Counted from the first letter of the stretch, positions 27,407 through 36,737 are shown. The stretch is DNA of 64,000 nucleotides from Coriobacteriales bacterium (GCA_050946275.1 JBMNUM010000003.1:17170-81169); one strand, 5' to 3'. Made by a program: numbers and translations. Notes: generated from the sequence alone by a model not told the origin.

Positions 27407-27637
27407 ATGGTATGGATTGCGGGAAACGGCGCCACCATCGTCGTCCTCCTCATCGTTCTAACCGTGGTGTGCCTGATCGTGCGCAATATGGTGCGGAACA
27501 AGGGGGTCGGGTGCGACGGATGCTCGGGTGAATGCTCGGGCTGCAAGGGTGCATGTCCCACGAAGCCCATCGAGCTCACCGAAGAGCAGCGCGCATGTCT
27601 CCTTGCGCATTCCATGGAAGGAGATGATGGCAGATGA
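27407..27637 (+). CDS. FeoB-associated Cys-rich small membrane protein
   Basis: One TM helix is followed by GCDGCSGECSGCKGAC. The gene lies immediately after feoB. Confidence 0.7.
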   Translation: MVWIAGNGATIVVLLIVLTVVCLIVRNMVRNKGVGCDGCSGECSGCKGACPTKPIELTEEQRACLLAHSMEGDDGR

Positions 27638-27852
27638 TCCGCACGACGCTGGGTATCGAGGGCATGGCCTGCTCGATGTGCGAGGCGCATATCAACGATG
27701 CTATCCGCAGGAATTTCGATGTGAAGAAGGTCAAGGCGAATCGCCGCAAGCGCACGTGCGTCATCGAATCCGCCAGCCCGCTTGACGAGGAGAGGCTTCG
27801 CGGGGTCATCGCAGAGATCGGCTACACGCTCACATCCATTCAAGCTGGCTAA
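27634..27852 (+). CDS. heavy-metal-associated (HMA) domain protein, CopZ-like
   Basis: 72 aa with the GMACSMC metal-binding motif (GMxCxxC). Its start overlaps the previous stop. Confidence 0.75.
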   Translation: MIRTTLGIEGMACSMCEAHINDAIRRNFDVKKVKANRRKRTCVIESASPLDEERLRGVIAEIGYTLTSIQAG

Positions 27853-27878
27853 ACCCAACAGCCTTAGCAAGCAAAGAG

Positions 27879-27910
27879 GCGGCCCCCGATTCACCTGAAT
27901 CGGGGGCCGC
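27879..27910. terminator. bidirectional hairpin between the convergent HMA gene and Fe-ADH gene
   Basis: gcggcccccgat / atcgggggccgc forms a 12 bp stem. A near-identical hairpin lies at 29421-29453. Confidence 0.6.
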
Positions 27911-27955
27911 TGTTGCGGGAGAGCCGCGTACTTGGGCGGCTCTCAAGATCATTTC

Positions 27956-29146
27956 TTACTGGTAGTTGTCGAAGACCTTGCCGCAGAACTCTTCCATCTG
28001 CCCGTAGGAGACGTCGCCGGGCGCGCAGATGTGGAACCAGTTGTGGTCGATGGCGCCATGTGCCAGCGCGACGCACATCTCGCGCGTGATCGGCTCGCCC
28101 GAAAGCTTGTCCTTCATGTCCTTCAGCGGAATCGTGCCGATCTCGCGCATGAAGACGCGAATCCAGTTGGAGACGAGCTGGCCGGCGGCGACATCGCCCA
28201 TGCACTCGGGAATCTCGATGCCGATGCATTTGGCGACGAGGCGGACGGTTTGCGGGCTCTTGTCGGCAACGAAATCGATGACCTCGGGAAGGGCGATGCC
28301 GCTGGCATAGCCATGGGTCAGATGGAAATGCAAGCCCGCCTCATGGCCGAAGCAGTGGCCGATGTGGACGGACATGTTCGCCAGGCCGTCGCCGGCGGCG
28401 TTGGCCGCATACAGCATCAGCGACCGCGCCTCGTAGTTCTCGGGCTCTCTCACCGCAATCGGCAGGAACTGGGTGATGATCTGGAGTGCATCCTTGCAAA
28501 GCGCGGTGCTCCAGGGGTTGTACCGATTCGAGGTAAGTGCCTCGATGGAATGCGCCATGGCGTCGAGGCCGGAGCTGATGGTCACGAATTCCGGGCAGGT
28601 GTACGTCATGGTCGGATCGAGGACGGCGAGGTCGGCGTAGCGCTCGACGGTTTTCTTGGAATCCGTCTGGAGCTCGTGGATTATGCACATCGGCGAGCCC
28701 TCGGATCCGGTTCCGGAGCTTGTCGGGACCAAGAAGACCGGAACGGTGGTCTTGAAGGTGCCCGCGCCGCCGTTCTCGGTCATGCACTGCCTGATCTTCT
28801 TAGCGGGGTTGGCGAGCAGGACGCTCGTTCCCTTCGCCGTATCCATCGCAGAGCCGCCGCCAACGCCTATGACGACATCGGCTCCATACAGCTTGGCTGC
28901 GTCGCCGGCACAGTCGACGGACTCGTCGGTGGGATCCAGGAACACGTCGGTGTAGACCATGAAGTCAAGGCCCGCCCTTTCGAGCGCATCCTCGACCCGC
29001 TGGACACCCCCAGCTGCCTCGACGCCCTTATCGCATACGAGGAACGCTTTCTTCTTGCCGGCTTCCGCCGCCATCTCGCCCATCTGCAGGAGGACGCCTT
29101 CACCGAAGATAGTGGGAACATGGCGTGAGTATGGCTTCTGCACCAT
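27956..29146 (-). CDS. iron-containing (group III) alcohol dehydrogenase, copy 1
   Basis: 396 aa from MVQKPY, with a GGGSAMDTAKG motif and His-rich metal site (HxxxH: HIGHCFGHEAGLHFHLTHG). The SD GGAAGGAGA lies upstream. Confidence 0.9.
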   Translation of the reverse strand: MVQKPYSRHVPTIFGEGVLLQMGEMAAEAGKKKAFLVCDKGVEAAGGVQRVEDALERAGLDFMVYTDVFLDPTDESVDCAGDAAKLYGADVVIGVGGGSAMDTAKGTSVLLANPAKKIRQCMTENGGAGTFKTTVPVFLVPTSSGTGSEGSPMCIIHELQTDSKKTVERYADLAVLDPTMTYTCPEFVTISSGLDAMAHSIEALTSNRYNPWSTALCKDALQIITQFLPIAVREPENYEARSLMLYAANAAGDGLANMSVHIGHCFGHEAGLHFHLTHGYASGIALPEVIDFVADKSPQTVRLVAKCIGIEIPECMGDVAAGQLVSNWIRVFMREIGTIPLKDMKDKLSGEPITREMCVALAHGAIDHNWFHICAPGDVSYGQMEEFCGKVFDNYQ

Positions 29147-29414
29147 AATCGTCTCCTTCCTCGTGTCTCGGCTGCCGCTTGGCGGTTGATATGGTGCGTG
29201 TCGACCCGGATATTCCAGACGGAAAGCGCATGCTGGCTTGCGGATTGGCGTCTGCCTTCCGTATGTAAATAAATGTACTACGTAAGGCGTTGAAACTAAT
29301 CTCTCGCGCACATGTGATGAGTGACTGGGATGATATGTAGAGAAATGTGATGCGGGCAGAAGAGCTGGAGAGAGGGTGCGGATAGCTGCCAAACAGCCCG
29401 GGCTGTTTGGCAGC

Positions 29415-29453
29415 AAAAAAGCGGCCCCCCGATGCAGGTGAATCGGGGGGCCG
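29415..29453 (-). terminator. Rho-independent terminator of Fe-ADH copy 2
   Basis: The minus strand reads gcggccccccgat-tcacctgc-atcggggggccgc followed by TTTTTT. Confidence 0.75.
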
Positions 29454-29501
29454 CCGTTGCGGGAGCGCCGTGTCTCTAGGCGGCGCTCATAAGGTTATCT
29501 C

Positions 29502-30701
29502 CTACTGATAGTTGTCGAAGACCTTGCCGCAGAACTCCTCCATCTGCTCGTAGCTGACGTCGCCAGGAGCAGCAATGTGGAACCAGTTGTGATCGATCGC
29601 GTCGTGAGCCAGGGCAACGACCTTCTCGCGGGTGATCGGCTCATCATTGACCCTGTCCTTCATGTCCTTGATCGGGACCATGCCGATCTCGCGCATGAAG
29701 TTGCGCAGCCAGTCGGAGACGAGCTTGGCGGCGGCGATGTCATCGGTTCCCTCGGGAATCTCGATACCGATGCAGTTGGCGATGGCCTTGACGCTCTGCG
29801 GGTTCTTCTCGGCGACGAAGTCGATGACCTCGGGGAGAGCGATACCGCAAGCATAGCCATGGTTCAGGTGGAACTGCATGCCGGCCTCGTGACCGAAGCA
29901 GTGGCCGATGTGGACGGACAGGTTGGCAAGACCGTCACCAGCAGCGTTCGACGCATACAGCATCTTCGCGCGAGCCTCGTAGTTCTGGGGCTCCTTGACT
30001 GCGACGGGCAGCCACTTGGTGATGATGCGGACAGCATCCTCGGAGAGCGTGGTGCTCCACGGGTTCCAGTTGAAGTTGTAGTCAGCGGTCAGAGCCTCGA
30101 TGGCATGAGCCAGAGCGTCGAGACCGGAGTTGACGGTCACGAAGTCCGGGCAGGTGTAGGTCATCGTGGGCTCGAGGACAGCGAGGTCGGCGTAACGCTC
30201 GACGACCTTCTTGCCGTCGCTCTCCAGCTCGTGGATAACGCACATCGGCGAGCCCTCGGCGCCGGTGCCGGCTGCCGTCGGAATAAGGTAGACAGGAACG
30301 TCGATCTTGTAGGTGCCATTGCCGCCGTTCTCGGTCATGCACTCCTTGATCTTCTTCTCCGGGTTGGCAAGAAGAACGCTCGTGCCCTTGGCGGTATCCA
30401 TCGGGGAGCCGCCACCGCAGCCGACGACGACGTCCGCGCCAAACTCCTTGGCAACGTCGCCAGCGTGGTCGATAGCCTCATCCGTGGGATCCGGGAACAC
30501 GTCAGAATAGATCATGACCTCAAGACCAGCATTCTTGAGAGCATCGGCAACCCTCTGGGCACCACCCGACGCCTCGACGCCCTTGTCACAGACAAGGAAG
30601 GCGCGCTGCTTGCCACTTTCCTTGGCGATCTTGCTCATCTCGTCCAGGGCGTCAGCGCCGAAGATCGAGGGAACTCTACGCCAATACGGTTGATGTGCCA
30701 T
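29502..30701 (-). CDS. iron-containing (group III) alcohol dehydrogenase, copy 2 (tandem paralogue)
   Basis: 399 aa, collinear with copy 1 and highly similar along the whole length by eye. It has GGGSPMDTAKG and the same His cluster. Confidence 0.9.
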   Translation of the reverse strand: MAHQPYWRRVPSIFGADALDEMSKIAKESGKQRAFLVCDKGVEASGGAQRVADALKNAGLEVMIYSDVFPDPTDEAIDHAGDVAKEFGADVVVGCGGGSPMDTAKGTSVLLANPEKKIKECMTENGGNGTYKIDVPVYLIPTAAGTGAEGSPMCVIHELESDGKKVVERYADLAVLEPTMTYTCPDFVTVNSGLDALAHAIEALTADYNFNWNPWSTTLSEDAVRIITKWLPVAVKEPQNYEARAKMLYASNAAGDGLANLSVHIGHCFGHEAGMQFHLNHGYACGIALPEVIDFVAEKNPQSVKAIANCIGIEIPEGTDDIAAAKLVSDWLRNFMREIGMVPIKDMKDRVNDEPITREKVVALAHDAIDHNWFHIAAPGDVSYEQMEEFCGKVFDNYQ

Positions 30702-30964
30702 ACTGAATCACTTCCTTTTGTAAAACGTCCTACTTTCCAAAAAACAACCTGCAGACCTATCCTAGGTTTTGAACGGCTTTCGCGCAATGGGAAAACATTG
30801 AAAGCCATCAAAAATAAAGAATGAAGTCGTTCATTAAAACAACGAGAAGTTGACGGAAGGGGTCTGTGCACGACGGATCCGGGCGACTTCCGGGCCTCGG
30901 GCGCGGCCGATGGTACCATGGCTCCAAGAGCCAAAGGACCCGCTGGAGCGAGGATGGGTTGAGC

Positions 30965-32128
30965 ATGCCATTGGAGAGCTACGTTTACGCCGGCACCACG
31001 CGGCTGCGCCGCGGCTACACCACGGGAACGTGCGTGGCCCTCGCGGCGAAGGCGGCGGCCATCGAGCTGTTGTCTGGTGAGCCGGTCGCGTCCACGTCGC
31101 TCATGACACCGGCGGGCATCCCCGTCGAGGTGGACGTCGAACGGGTTTGCAATGCCGGCGATTCCGGTTTCCCGGGCGGTACGCCATGTGTTGCGTATGT
31201 CGTGCGGAAGGATGCCGGGGATGACTACGACGTGACCGACGGCATATTGGTACGCGCGAGCGTCGCCCTGGCGGACGAGGGAATCTCCATCGATGGGGGC
31301 GAGGGCGTCGGGCGCGTGACGTTGCCCGGGCTCGATCAGCCCGTCGGTGCGTCGGCGATCAATTCCGGACCGCGCGCGCAGATCGCCGCGGTTTTGGAGG
31401 ACGTGGCGGCGCAGCTCGGTTACGAGGGCGGATTCTCGGTCCTCGTCGAGGTGCCCGGCGGCGCCGAGGTCGCGACCAAGACGTTCAACCCGCAGCTCGG
31501 CATCGAGGGCGGCATCTCCATCCTCGGCACGTCCGGCATCGTCGAACCCCAGAGCATCGAGGCCCGCAAGGACGCGCTCGCCGTCGAGATTCACGCGCGC
31601 GCGGCGTGCGGTGCGAAGCGCCTCGTCATCACGCCGGGCAACTACGGGGCCGATTTCGTCGAGGCTCGGGGAATCGCGCCCGGCATCCCCATCGTGAAGT
31701 GCGCGAACTTCATCGGCTTCGCGCTCGACCGCGCCGTCATCGAGTGTTTCGACGAGGTCTTGCTCGTCGGACACATCGGAAAGCTCGTGAAGGTGGCGGG
31801 CGGCATCATGGACACGCACTCGCGCGTGGCCGACTGCCGATGCGAGATCTTCGCGGCGCATGCCGCGCTCGCCGGCGCTTCCCGCGAGGCCATCGAGCTC
31901 TTGTTCGAGGCACCCACGAGCGATGCGTGCCTCGACGTGCTCGAGCGCTTCGGCCTGCTCGACGAGGTCTGCGGCAGCATCGGCGATGCCGTTGCGGAGC
32001 GGGTCGCGCACCGGGTCGCGGGTGCCTACGAGGTCGGTACGGTCATGTTCTCGAACGCGCGCGGATTGCTGCATGCCAGCTCGACGGGCGCGCGCATGCT
32101 GCAGGATTGGGAGGTCGAGCGGCCATGA
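30965..32128 (+). CDS. cbiD: cobalt-precorrin-5B (C1)-methyltransferase
   Basis: LRRGYTTGTCVALAAKAA..., GISILGTSGIVEP and GHIGKLVKVAGG are typical CbiD blocks. Confidence 0.9.
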   Translation: MPLESYVYAGTTRLRRGYTTGTCVALAAKAAAIELLSGEPVASTSLMTPAGIPVEVDVERVCNAGDSGFPGGTPCVAYVVRKDAGDDYDVTDGILVRASVALADEGISIDGGEGVGRVTLPGLDQPVGASAINSGPRAQIAAVLEDVAAQLGYEGGFSVLVEVPGGAEVATKTFNPQLGIEGGISILGTSGIVEPQSIEARKDALAVEIHARAACGAKRLVITPGNYGADFVEARGIAPGIPIVKCANFIGFALDRAVIECFDEVLLVGHIGKLVKVAGGIMDTHSRVADCRCEIFAAHAALAGASREAIELLFEAPTSDACLDVLERFGLLDEVCGSIGDAVAERVAHRVAGAYEVGTVMFSNARGLLHASSTGARMLQDWEVERP

Positions 32129-32886
32129 TTCACTTCGTCGGAGCGGGAAGCGGGGCGGTCGATCTCATCACGGTTCGCGGGGCGCGGCTCCTCGGCGAGG
32201 CGGATGTCGTCGTCTATGCCGGCAGCCTCGTGAATCCCGAGCTGCTCGACCTGGCGCAAGACGGTGCCGAGCTGCACGACAGCGCCCGGATGACGCTGGA
32301 GGAGGTGCTCGACGTCATGGTCGCCGCCGATCGCGCGGGGCGCGAGGTCGTGCGCCTGCACACGGGCGACCCCTGCCTGTACGGTGCCATCCGCGAGCAG
32401 ATGGACGCGCTCGACGATCAGGGCGTGGATTACGACTACACCCCGGGCGTCTCGAGCTTCAGCGGCGCGGCCGCCGCGCTCAGGGAGGAGTACACGGTAC
32501 CCGGGGTCTCGCAGAGCGTCATCATCACGAGGATGGCAGGACGTACGCCCGTCCCCGCAGGGGAGGACATGGCCTCGCTGGCGGCCCATGGCTGCTCGAT
32601 GGTGGTGTTCCTCTCGACCGGCCTGCTCGATGAGCTGACCGCCGAGCTGGTCAAGGGAGCGTACGACGCCGATACGCCGGCCGCGCTCGTGTACAAGGCG
32701 ACGTGGCCCGAGGAGCGCGTCTTCCGCTGCACGGTGGGGACGCTCGCGCAAACAGCGCGCGACAACGGCATAACCAAGACGGCGCTCGTGTGCATCGGCG
32801 ATTTCCTCGCCGATGGCGGGGGCTACGACCGCTCGAAGCTCTACGACCCGGCCTTCACGACCGGTTTTCGGGAGGGATCGTCGTGA
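32125..32886 (+). CDS. cbiF: cobalt-precorrin-4 C11-methyltransferase
   Basis: MIHFVGAGSGAVDLITVRG...LHTGDPCLYGA...TPGVSSF indicates the tetrapyrrole methylase family, with CbiF/CobM-type length. The ATG overlaps the cbiD stop. Confidence 0.88.
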   Translation: MIHFVGAGSGAVDLITVRGARLLGEADVVVYAGSLVNPELLDLAQDGAELHDSARMTLEEVLDVMVAADRAGREVVRLHTGDPCLYGAIREQMDALDDQGVDYDYTPGVSSFSGAAAALREEYTVPGVSQSVIITRMAGRTPVPAGEDMASLAAHGCSMVVFLSTGLLDELTAELVKGAYDADTPAALVYKATWPEERVFRCTVGTLAQTARDNGITKTALVCIGDFLADGGGYDRSKLYDPAFTTGFREGSS

Positions 32887-33893
32887 GGATCGCGTTGATC
32901 TCGTTCACGGACCGCGGCGCCTCTGTCGCCGACCGCATCGCCATGGCGTTGCGCGCCGGGGGACACGAGACCGCATGCGCGCGCGGCTCGGGACCGGACA
33001 AGGTCGACCGCACCGTCTGGGCCGAGGAGGCGTTCGCGGCGTGCGATGCGCTCGTGTTCGTCGGAGCCGCGGGCATCGCGGTGCGCACCATCGCCCCGCT
33101 CGTGGAGTCGAAGCTGACCGATCCGGCTGTCGTCGTGGTCGACGAGGGATGCGCGCATGCCATCCCGCTCCTTTCCGGCCATGTGGGAGGGGCCAACGAT
33201 CTCGCCGCGCTCATCGCGGGGGCCATCGGCGCCGTGCCCGCGATCACCACCGCGACTGACGTCGCCGGCGTGTTCGCGGTGGACTCCTGGGCCGCGCGTC
33301 ACGGGTTGGAGATCGTGCATCCCGAGCGGATCAAGCATGTCTCGGGGACGCTCCTCGCGGGAGGTCGCGTCCGCGTGCGCGCCGAGCAGGCCGTGGAAGG
33401 TACAGTCCCGACCGGTATCGAAGTTGCGCCGGCGGGCGACGGTGCCGATCCCGACGTGCTGATTGGCATCGGGGCGGTTCCGTCCGGAGCGCTCGGGCTC
33501 GTCCCCCGCAAGGCCGTCGTCGGAATCGGCTGCCGCCGCGGCACGGGAACAGGCAAACTCGCTGCCGCAGTCGATGCGTTCCTCGAGCGCCATGGAGTCG
33601 AGCCGGCGGCCGTCTGCATGCTCGCGAGCATCGACCTGAAGGCCGATGAGCAGGGGCTGTTGGAGCTTGCAGCCGAGAGGGGCTGGGACTTCCGCACGTT
33701 CAGCGCGGCCGTGCTCGTCGCTCAGGAGGGTGATTTCTCCCCGTCGGCGTTCGTCCGCGAGGTGACGGGGGTGGACAACGTGTGCGAGCGCAGCATCGTG
33801 GCCGCTGGAGCCGAGCTGCTCGCAGGCAAGGAAGCAGCCGATGGCGTGACCCTCGCCTTGGGCGTCCTCCCGTTCGACCTCGCCTGGGACTAG
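32883..33893 (+). CDS. cbiG: cobalt-precorrin-5A hydrolase
   Basis: It has the CbiG N, middle and C domain pattern (FVGAAGIAVRTIAPL...IPLLSGHVGGAN...GIGCRRG...ASIDLKADE). The GTG start overlaps the cbiF stop. Confidence 0.85.
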   Translation: MRIALISFTDRGASVADRIAMALRAGGHETACARGSGPDKVDRTVWAEEAFAACDALVFVGAAGIAVRTIAPLVESKLTDPAVVVVDEGCAHAIPLLSGHVGGANDLAALIAGAIGAVPAITTATDVAGVFAVDSWAARHGLEIVHPERIKHVSGTLLAGGRVRVRAEQAVEGTVPTGIEVAPAGDGADPDVLIGIGAVPSGALGLVPRKAVVGIGCRRGTGTGKLAAAVDAFLERHGVEPAAVCMLASIDLKADEQGLLELAAERGWDFRTFSAAVLVAQEGDFSPSAFVREVTGVDNVCERSIVAAGAELLAGKEAADGVTLALGVLPFDLAWD

Positions 33894-33899
33894 CCCTGG

Positions 33900-33928
33900 A
33901 TGAGTCAAAGGATTGTCCTTCGACTCAT
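33900..33928. repeat. hairpin repeat family B, subtype b (ATGAGTC-AAAGGA..TCCTT-CGACTCAT)
   Basis: atgagtcaaaggattgtccttcgactcat lies directly after cbiG. Confidence 0.85.
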
Positions 33929-34026
33929 TTTCTACCGTTGCATTTGCAACCGACTGCCACGCCGCTCGTGCATATACTTATATAAATAGGCGCGAGGGTA
34001 CGAGACAGAAGGGCGGCCGGATAGTC

Positions 34027-34794
34027 ATGGCGAGCGTATCTGGTAAGTGGGAGCTGTACGATCGATTAATCGAGGGCGTACCCGCTGGCATCGGGGTTCT
34101 CGATTGCTGCCTGGGCCTGCACTGGTCGTACGTTGAGGCCGAGTGCGGGATGGGCATCAGCCACACGCTGCGCGATGGGGCCCGCGCATCGAGCGGGGCA
34201 GACCCGCGCGAGCTCGACCTCAAATCGCTGTGCGCTCTCGCCAAGTCGTGGAACTTCACCGAGGCGACGCTCGGCGTGGCGGCGCTCAACGCGTGGTACA
34301 CCCAGCCGGAGCGCATCGAGGCGCTCGGCGGATCGTGGGACGACGAAACGGAGTCCGGCAAGGGGAGCAACCCGTTCTGGTCGATGCGGGATCGATGCAC
34401 CGGCAAGAAGGTCGCGATCATAGGTCACTTCCCGAACGTGAACGCCATGGCGCAGATAGCCGACGTCACCGTGCTCGAGCGCAACTGCTCGTCGGGACTC
34501 GACACGCCCGACTCCGCGTGCGAGTACATCCTGCCCGAGCAGGACTACGTGATGATGACGGGAACGACGCTCACGAACAAGACGATGCCCCGGCTGCTCG
34601 AGCTCTCGAGCGACGCGGTCGTGGTCGTGACGGGTCCCTCGGCGATTCCCGCGCTCCCGATGGCCGAGGCAGGCGTCGACATCATCGCCGGCAGCATGGT
34701 CGCCGACCCCGAGCTGGCCGCGTGGGCAATCCGCAGCTACACGAAATCCGTCTGGCGAGGCGGCATCCGCAAGTTCTTCTTGGAGTTCGCGTAG
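34027..34794 (+). CDS. DUF4213/DUF364 (Rossmann-like, putative heavy-metal chelation) domain protein
   Basis: The N-terminal LIEGVPAGIGVLDCCLGLHWSYVEAECGMGISHT fits the DUF4213 pattern. The C-terminal KKVAIIGHFP...MTGTTLTNKT fits DUF364. Confidence 0.72.
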   Translation: MASVSGKWELYDRLIEGVPAGIGVLDCCLGLHWSYVEAECGMGISHTLRDGARASSGADPRELDLKSLCALAKSWNFTEATLGVAALNAWYTQPERIEALGGSWDDETESGKGSNPFWSMRDRCTGKKVAIIGHFPNVNAMAQIADVTVLERNCSSGLDTPDSACEYILPEQDYVMMTGTTLTNKTMPRLLELSSDAVVVVTGPSAIPALPMAEAGVDIIAGSMVADPELAAWAIRSYTKSVWRGGIRKFFLEFA

Positions 34795-35284
34795 TGCGGG
34801 CAACGGGGGGCTCCGGCAATCCCGCGTTAGTGGGAGGATTGGCCGATTCGCCATCGGCCCGACCTCGTTTCGTCGCACGGGCTTGGCCGGGTCCATCGTC
34901 AAACGTGCCGCTTGAGCGGGAAAAACGCTGTTTCCAACGTCATAGTTCTGACGTATGTATTCGAATCCCGTATCAATCTCGCACCACCTTTCTTACCTAT
35001 CAAATTCATTGGTTTTTAAACAATCTCGCATTTGTCCGAACTACATTTTTTAAATGATAATGCGAGAAGAAACACCTGTAAGTAAACTTATCTAGAACAA
35101 CTTGTATTAAGTGGAATTAAATTTGAGCAAGTACGGGAATTCTGGATTATTTGTGAATTTGTAGCGGTATTCTATCGGCTATGACCAATTGATAAGCCTA
35201 TGCGCTGATGCGCAGCGGCGTCGTTTGAAGATATAGGCGCGACTGCGCAGGAAAAGATTTCACGCATATTGGTCAATGCAAAAA

Positions 35285-35371
35285 GGAGAGGGATTTGGAA
35301 GAAAGGGAGGGTCGCGATCGGAAAGTTAACTTGCGTGTTTTAGGTAGTATCCGTTTAGGATGGAGGTAGAA
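35285..35371 (+). promoter_or_regulatory. conserved 5' leader of MFS cassette 1
   Basis: ggagagggatttggaagaaagggaggGtcgcGatcggaaagttAacttgcgtgttT... is almost identical to 46789-46850. It ends in a small hairpin (ATCC/GGAT) abutting the SD GGAGG. Confidence 0.55.
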
Positions 35372-36664
35372 ATGACTACTGAAGTCAACTCTGGTGCTTC
35401 TCTGCAAGTGCCGAAGATGGGCAAGGGTGCCTGGGCGGTCATGATTTCCGTCTGGATCGTCGGCATCGTGCTCGCCATCGCACAGTACAAGGCCATGGCT
35501 ACCACGACGTACATCGCCGAGGACATGGGCCTGACGGCCTCCGAGGCTGGTTGGATTTCCGGCGTTTTCACGTTCACCGGCATCATCCTGGCCTTCCCGG
35601 CTGCTAACGTTCTCAAGAAGCTCGGCCCGAAGATGTCGCTGATTCTCTCCTGCGCCTTCGCCATCGTCGGTGGCGTGATCGGCTTCTTCGCCGCTGGCTA
35701 CGTCCCGATGCTCATCTCCCGTGTCATCGAGGGTATCGGCCTCAGCTTCGTCGGTGTCGTCGGTCCTGCGACGATCGCCATGTGGTTCCCGATCGAGAAG
35801 CGCGGTCTGCCGATGGGCATTTGGTCCAACTGGCAGATGGTCGGTATCTCGATCTGCTTCTACAGCAGTGCTCCGATGACCATGGCCTGGAGCTGGCGCT
35901 CCCTGTGGCTGTTGGGCGTCGTCTGCTGCATCATCGGCCTGGTTCTGGCCGCTATCGTCGTCAAGGCTCCGCCCAAGGAGTTCAACCATGCTGACGTCCA
36001 GGACGAGGGCACCAAGCTCACCAAGGTCTTCAGCATGCGCGATGTCTGGCTGGTCGCTCTGGCCGGTCTGGCCTTCGGTCTGTCCAACTCCGTCGTCATC
36101 CAGTGGGTCGCTCCGTACTGGATCAACAACACTGGCATGGATCCCGGAATGGCCGGTAACCTCACTGGTGCTCTGTTCACGACTGAGTGCGTGTTCACCA
36201 TCATCTTCGGCTTCATCTTCAACAAGATGAAGAGCCGCAAGAAGGCCATCGTTATCGACTCCGCTCTGTACTCGGTGACCTTCCTGGTTATCTTCTCGAT
36301 GACCAACGTCCCGGCAGCTATCTTCTCGCTGTTCTTCTATGCTATCGTCGAGGCCTTCTTCTGCATGGCCATGTGGACCCTCGTCGGCCAGACCGTCACG
36401 GATCCGCGTGTCGCCGCTGGCGCGATCGCCCTCTACACGATCATGATTGACGTTGGAATGTGGCTCGGCCCGATCTTCTCCGGCATGATCCTCGACCACG
36501 CTGCCGTGGCGGCTGGCGTCGATCCCACCGGTGGTGCCGGTGCTGGCGTGCCTGGCGCGTTCTTCGGCGTCATGTGCTTCACCATCGCCGCTCAGGTCGT
36601 TGCGACCATCGCTTGGGGCCTCCTGAGGCTCTACAACGAGCAGGGCGAGAGGGTCAAGATGTAA
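35372..36664 (+). CDS. MFS transporter (paralogue 1), substrate unknown
   Basis: About 12 TM segments and an MFS loop motif (LKKLGPKMSL; EKRGLPMG). The start was chosen at the second ATG, 5 nt after GGAGG. About three-quarters of residues are identical by eye to 46879-48168. Confidence 0.85.
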   Translation: MTTEVNSGASLQVPKMGKGAWAVMISVWIVGIVLAIAQYKAMATTTYIAEDMGLTASEAGWISGVFTFTGIILAFPAANVLKKLGPKMSLILSCAFAIVGGVIGFFAAGYVPMLISRVIEGIGLSFVGVVGPATIAMWFPIEKRGLPMGIWSNWQMVGISICFYSSAPMTMAWSWRSLWLLGVVCCIIGLVLAAIVVKAPPKEFNHADVQDEGTKLTKVFSMRDVWLVALAGLAFGLSNSVVIQWVAPYWINNTGMDPGMAGNLTGALFTTECVFTIIFGFIFNKMKSRKKAIVIDSALYSVTFLVIFSMTNVPAAIFSLFFYAIVEAFFCMAMWTLVGQTVTDPRVAAGAIALYTIMIDVGMWLGPIFSGMILDHAAVAAGVDPTGGAGAGVPGAFFGVMCFTIAAQVVATIAWGLLRLYNEQGERVKM

Positions 36665-36737
36665 GACGGGTTGTACCCGCTACGATCTTGTGAGTATGGA
36701 TATCGCATAGATTTCATAACTCAATGAACCTCAAGGT

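Noticed and set aside
30702-30964. Second cobalamin riboswitch upstream of cbiD
   Set aside because: I looked for the GGUGnnAAUCC core and a B12 box and found neither. The region is an AT-rich divergent promoter with small palindromes only.
31606-32124. Long 5' extensions of cbi ORFs overlapping the preceding genes (31606-, 32703-, 38286-, 39113-, 40201-, 42332-)
   Set aside because: The extensions are Arg/Ala/Pro-rich out-of-frame readings of the upstream conserved genes. The conserved protein N-termini coincide with ATG or GTG codons that overlap the previous stop (ATGA, GTGA), indicating translational coupling.
35143-35160. Rex (TTGTGAA-N4-TTCACAA) or CRP-like site in the conserved 18-mer
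   Set aside because: Only the TTGTGAA half-site is conserved in both copies. The second half is absent in copy 1 and poor in copy 2.
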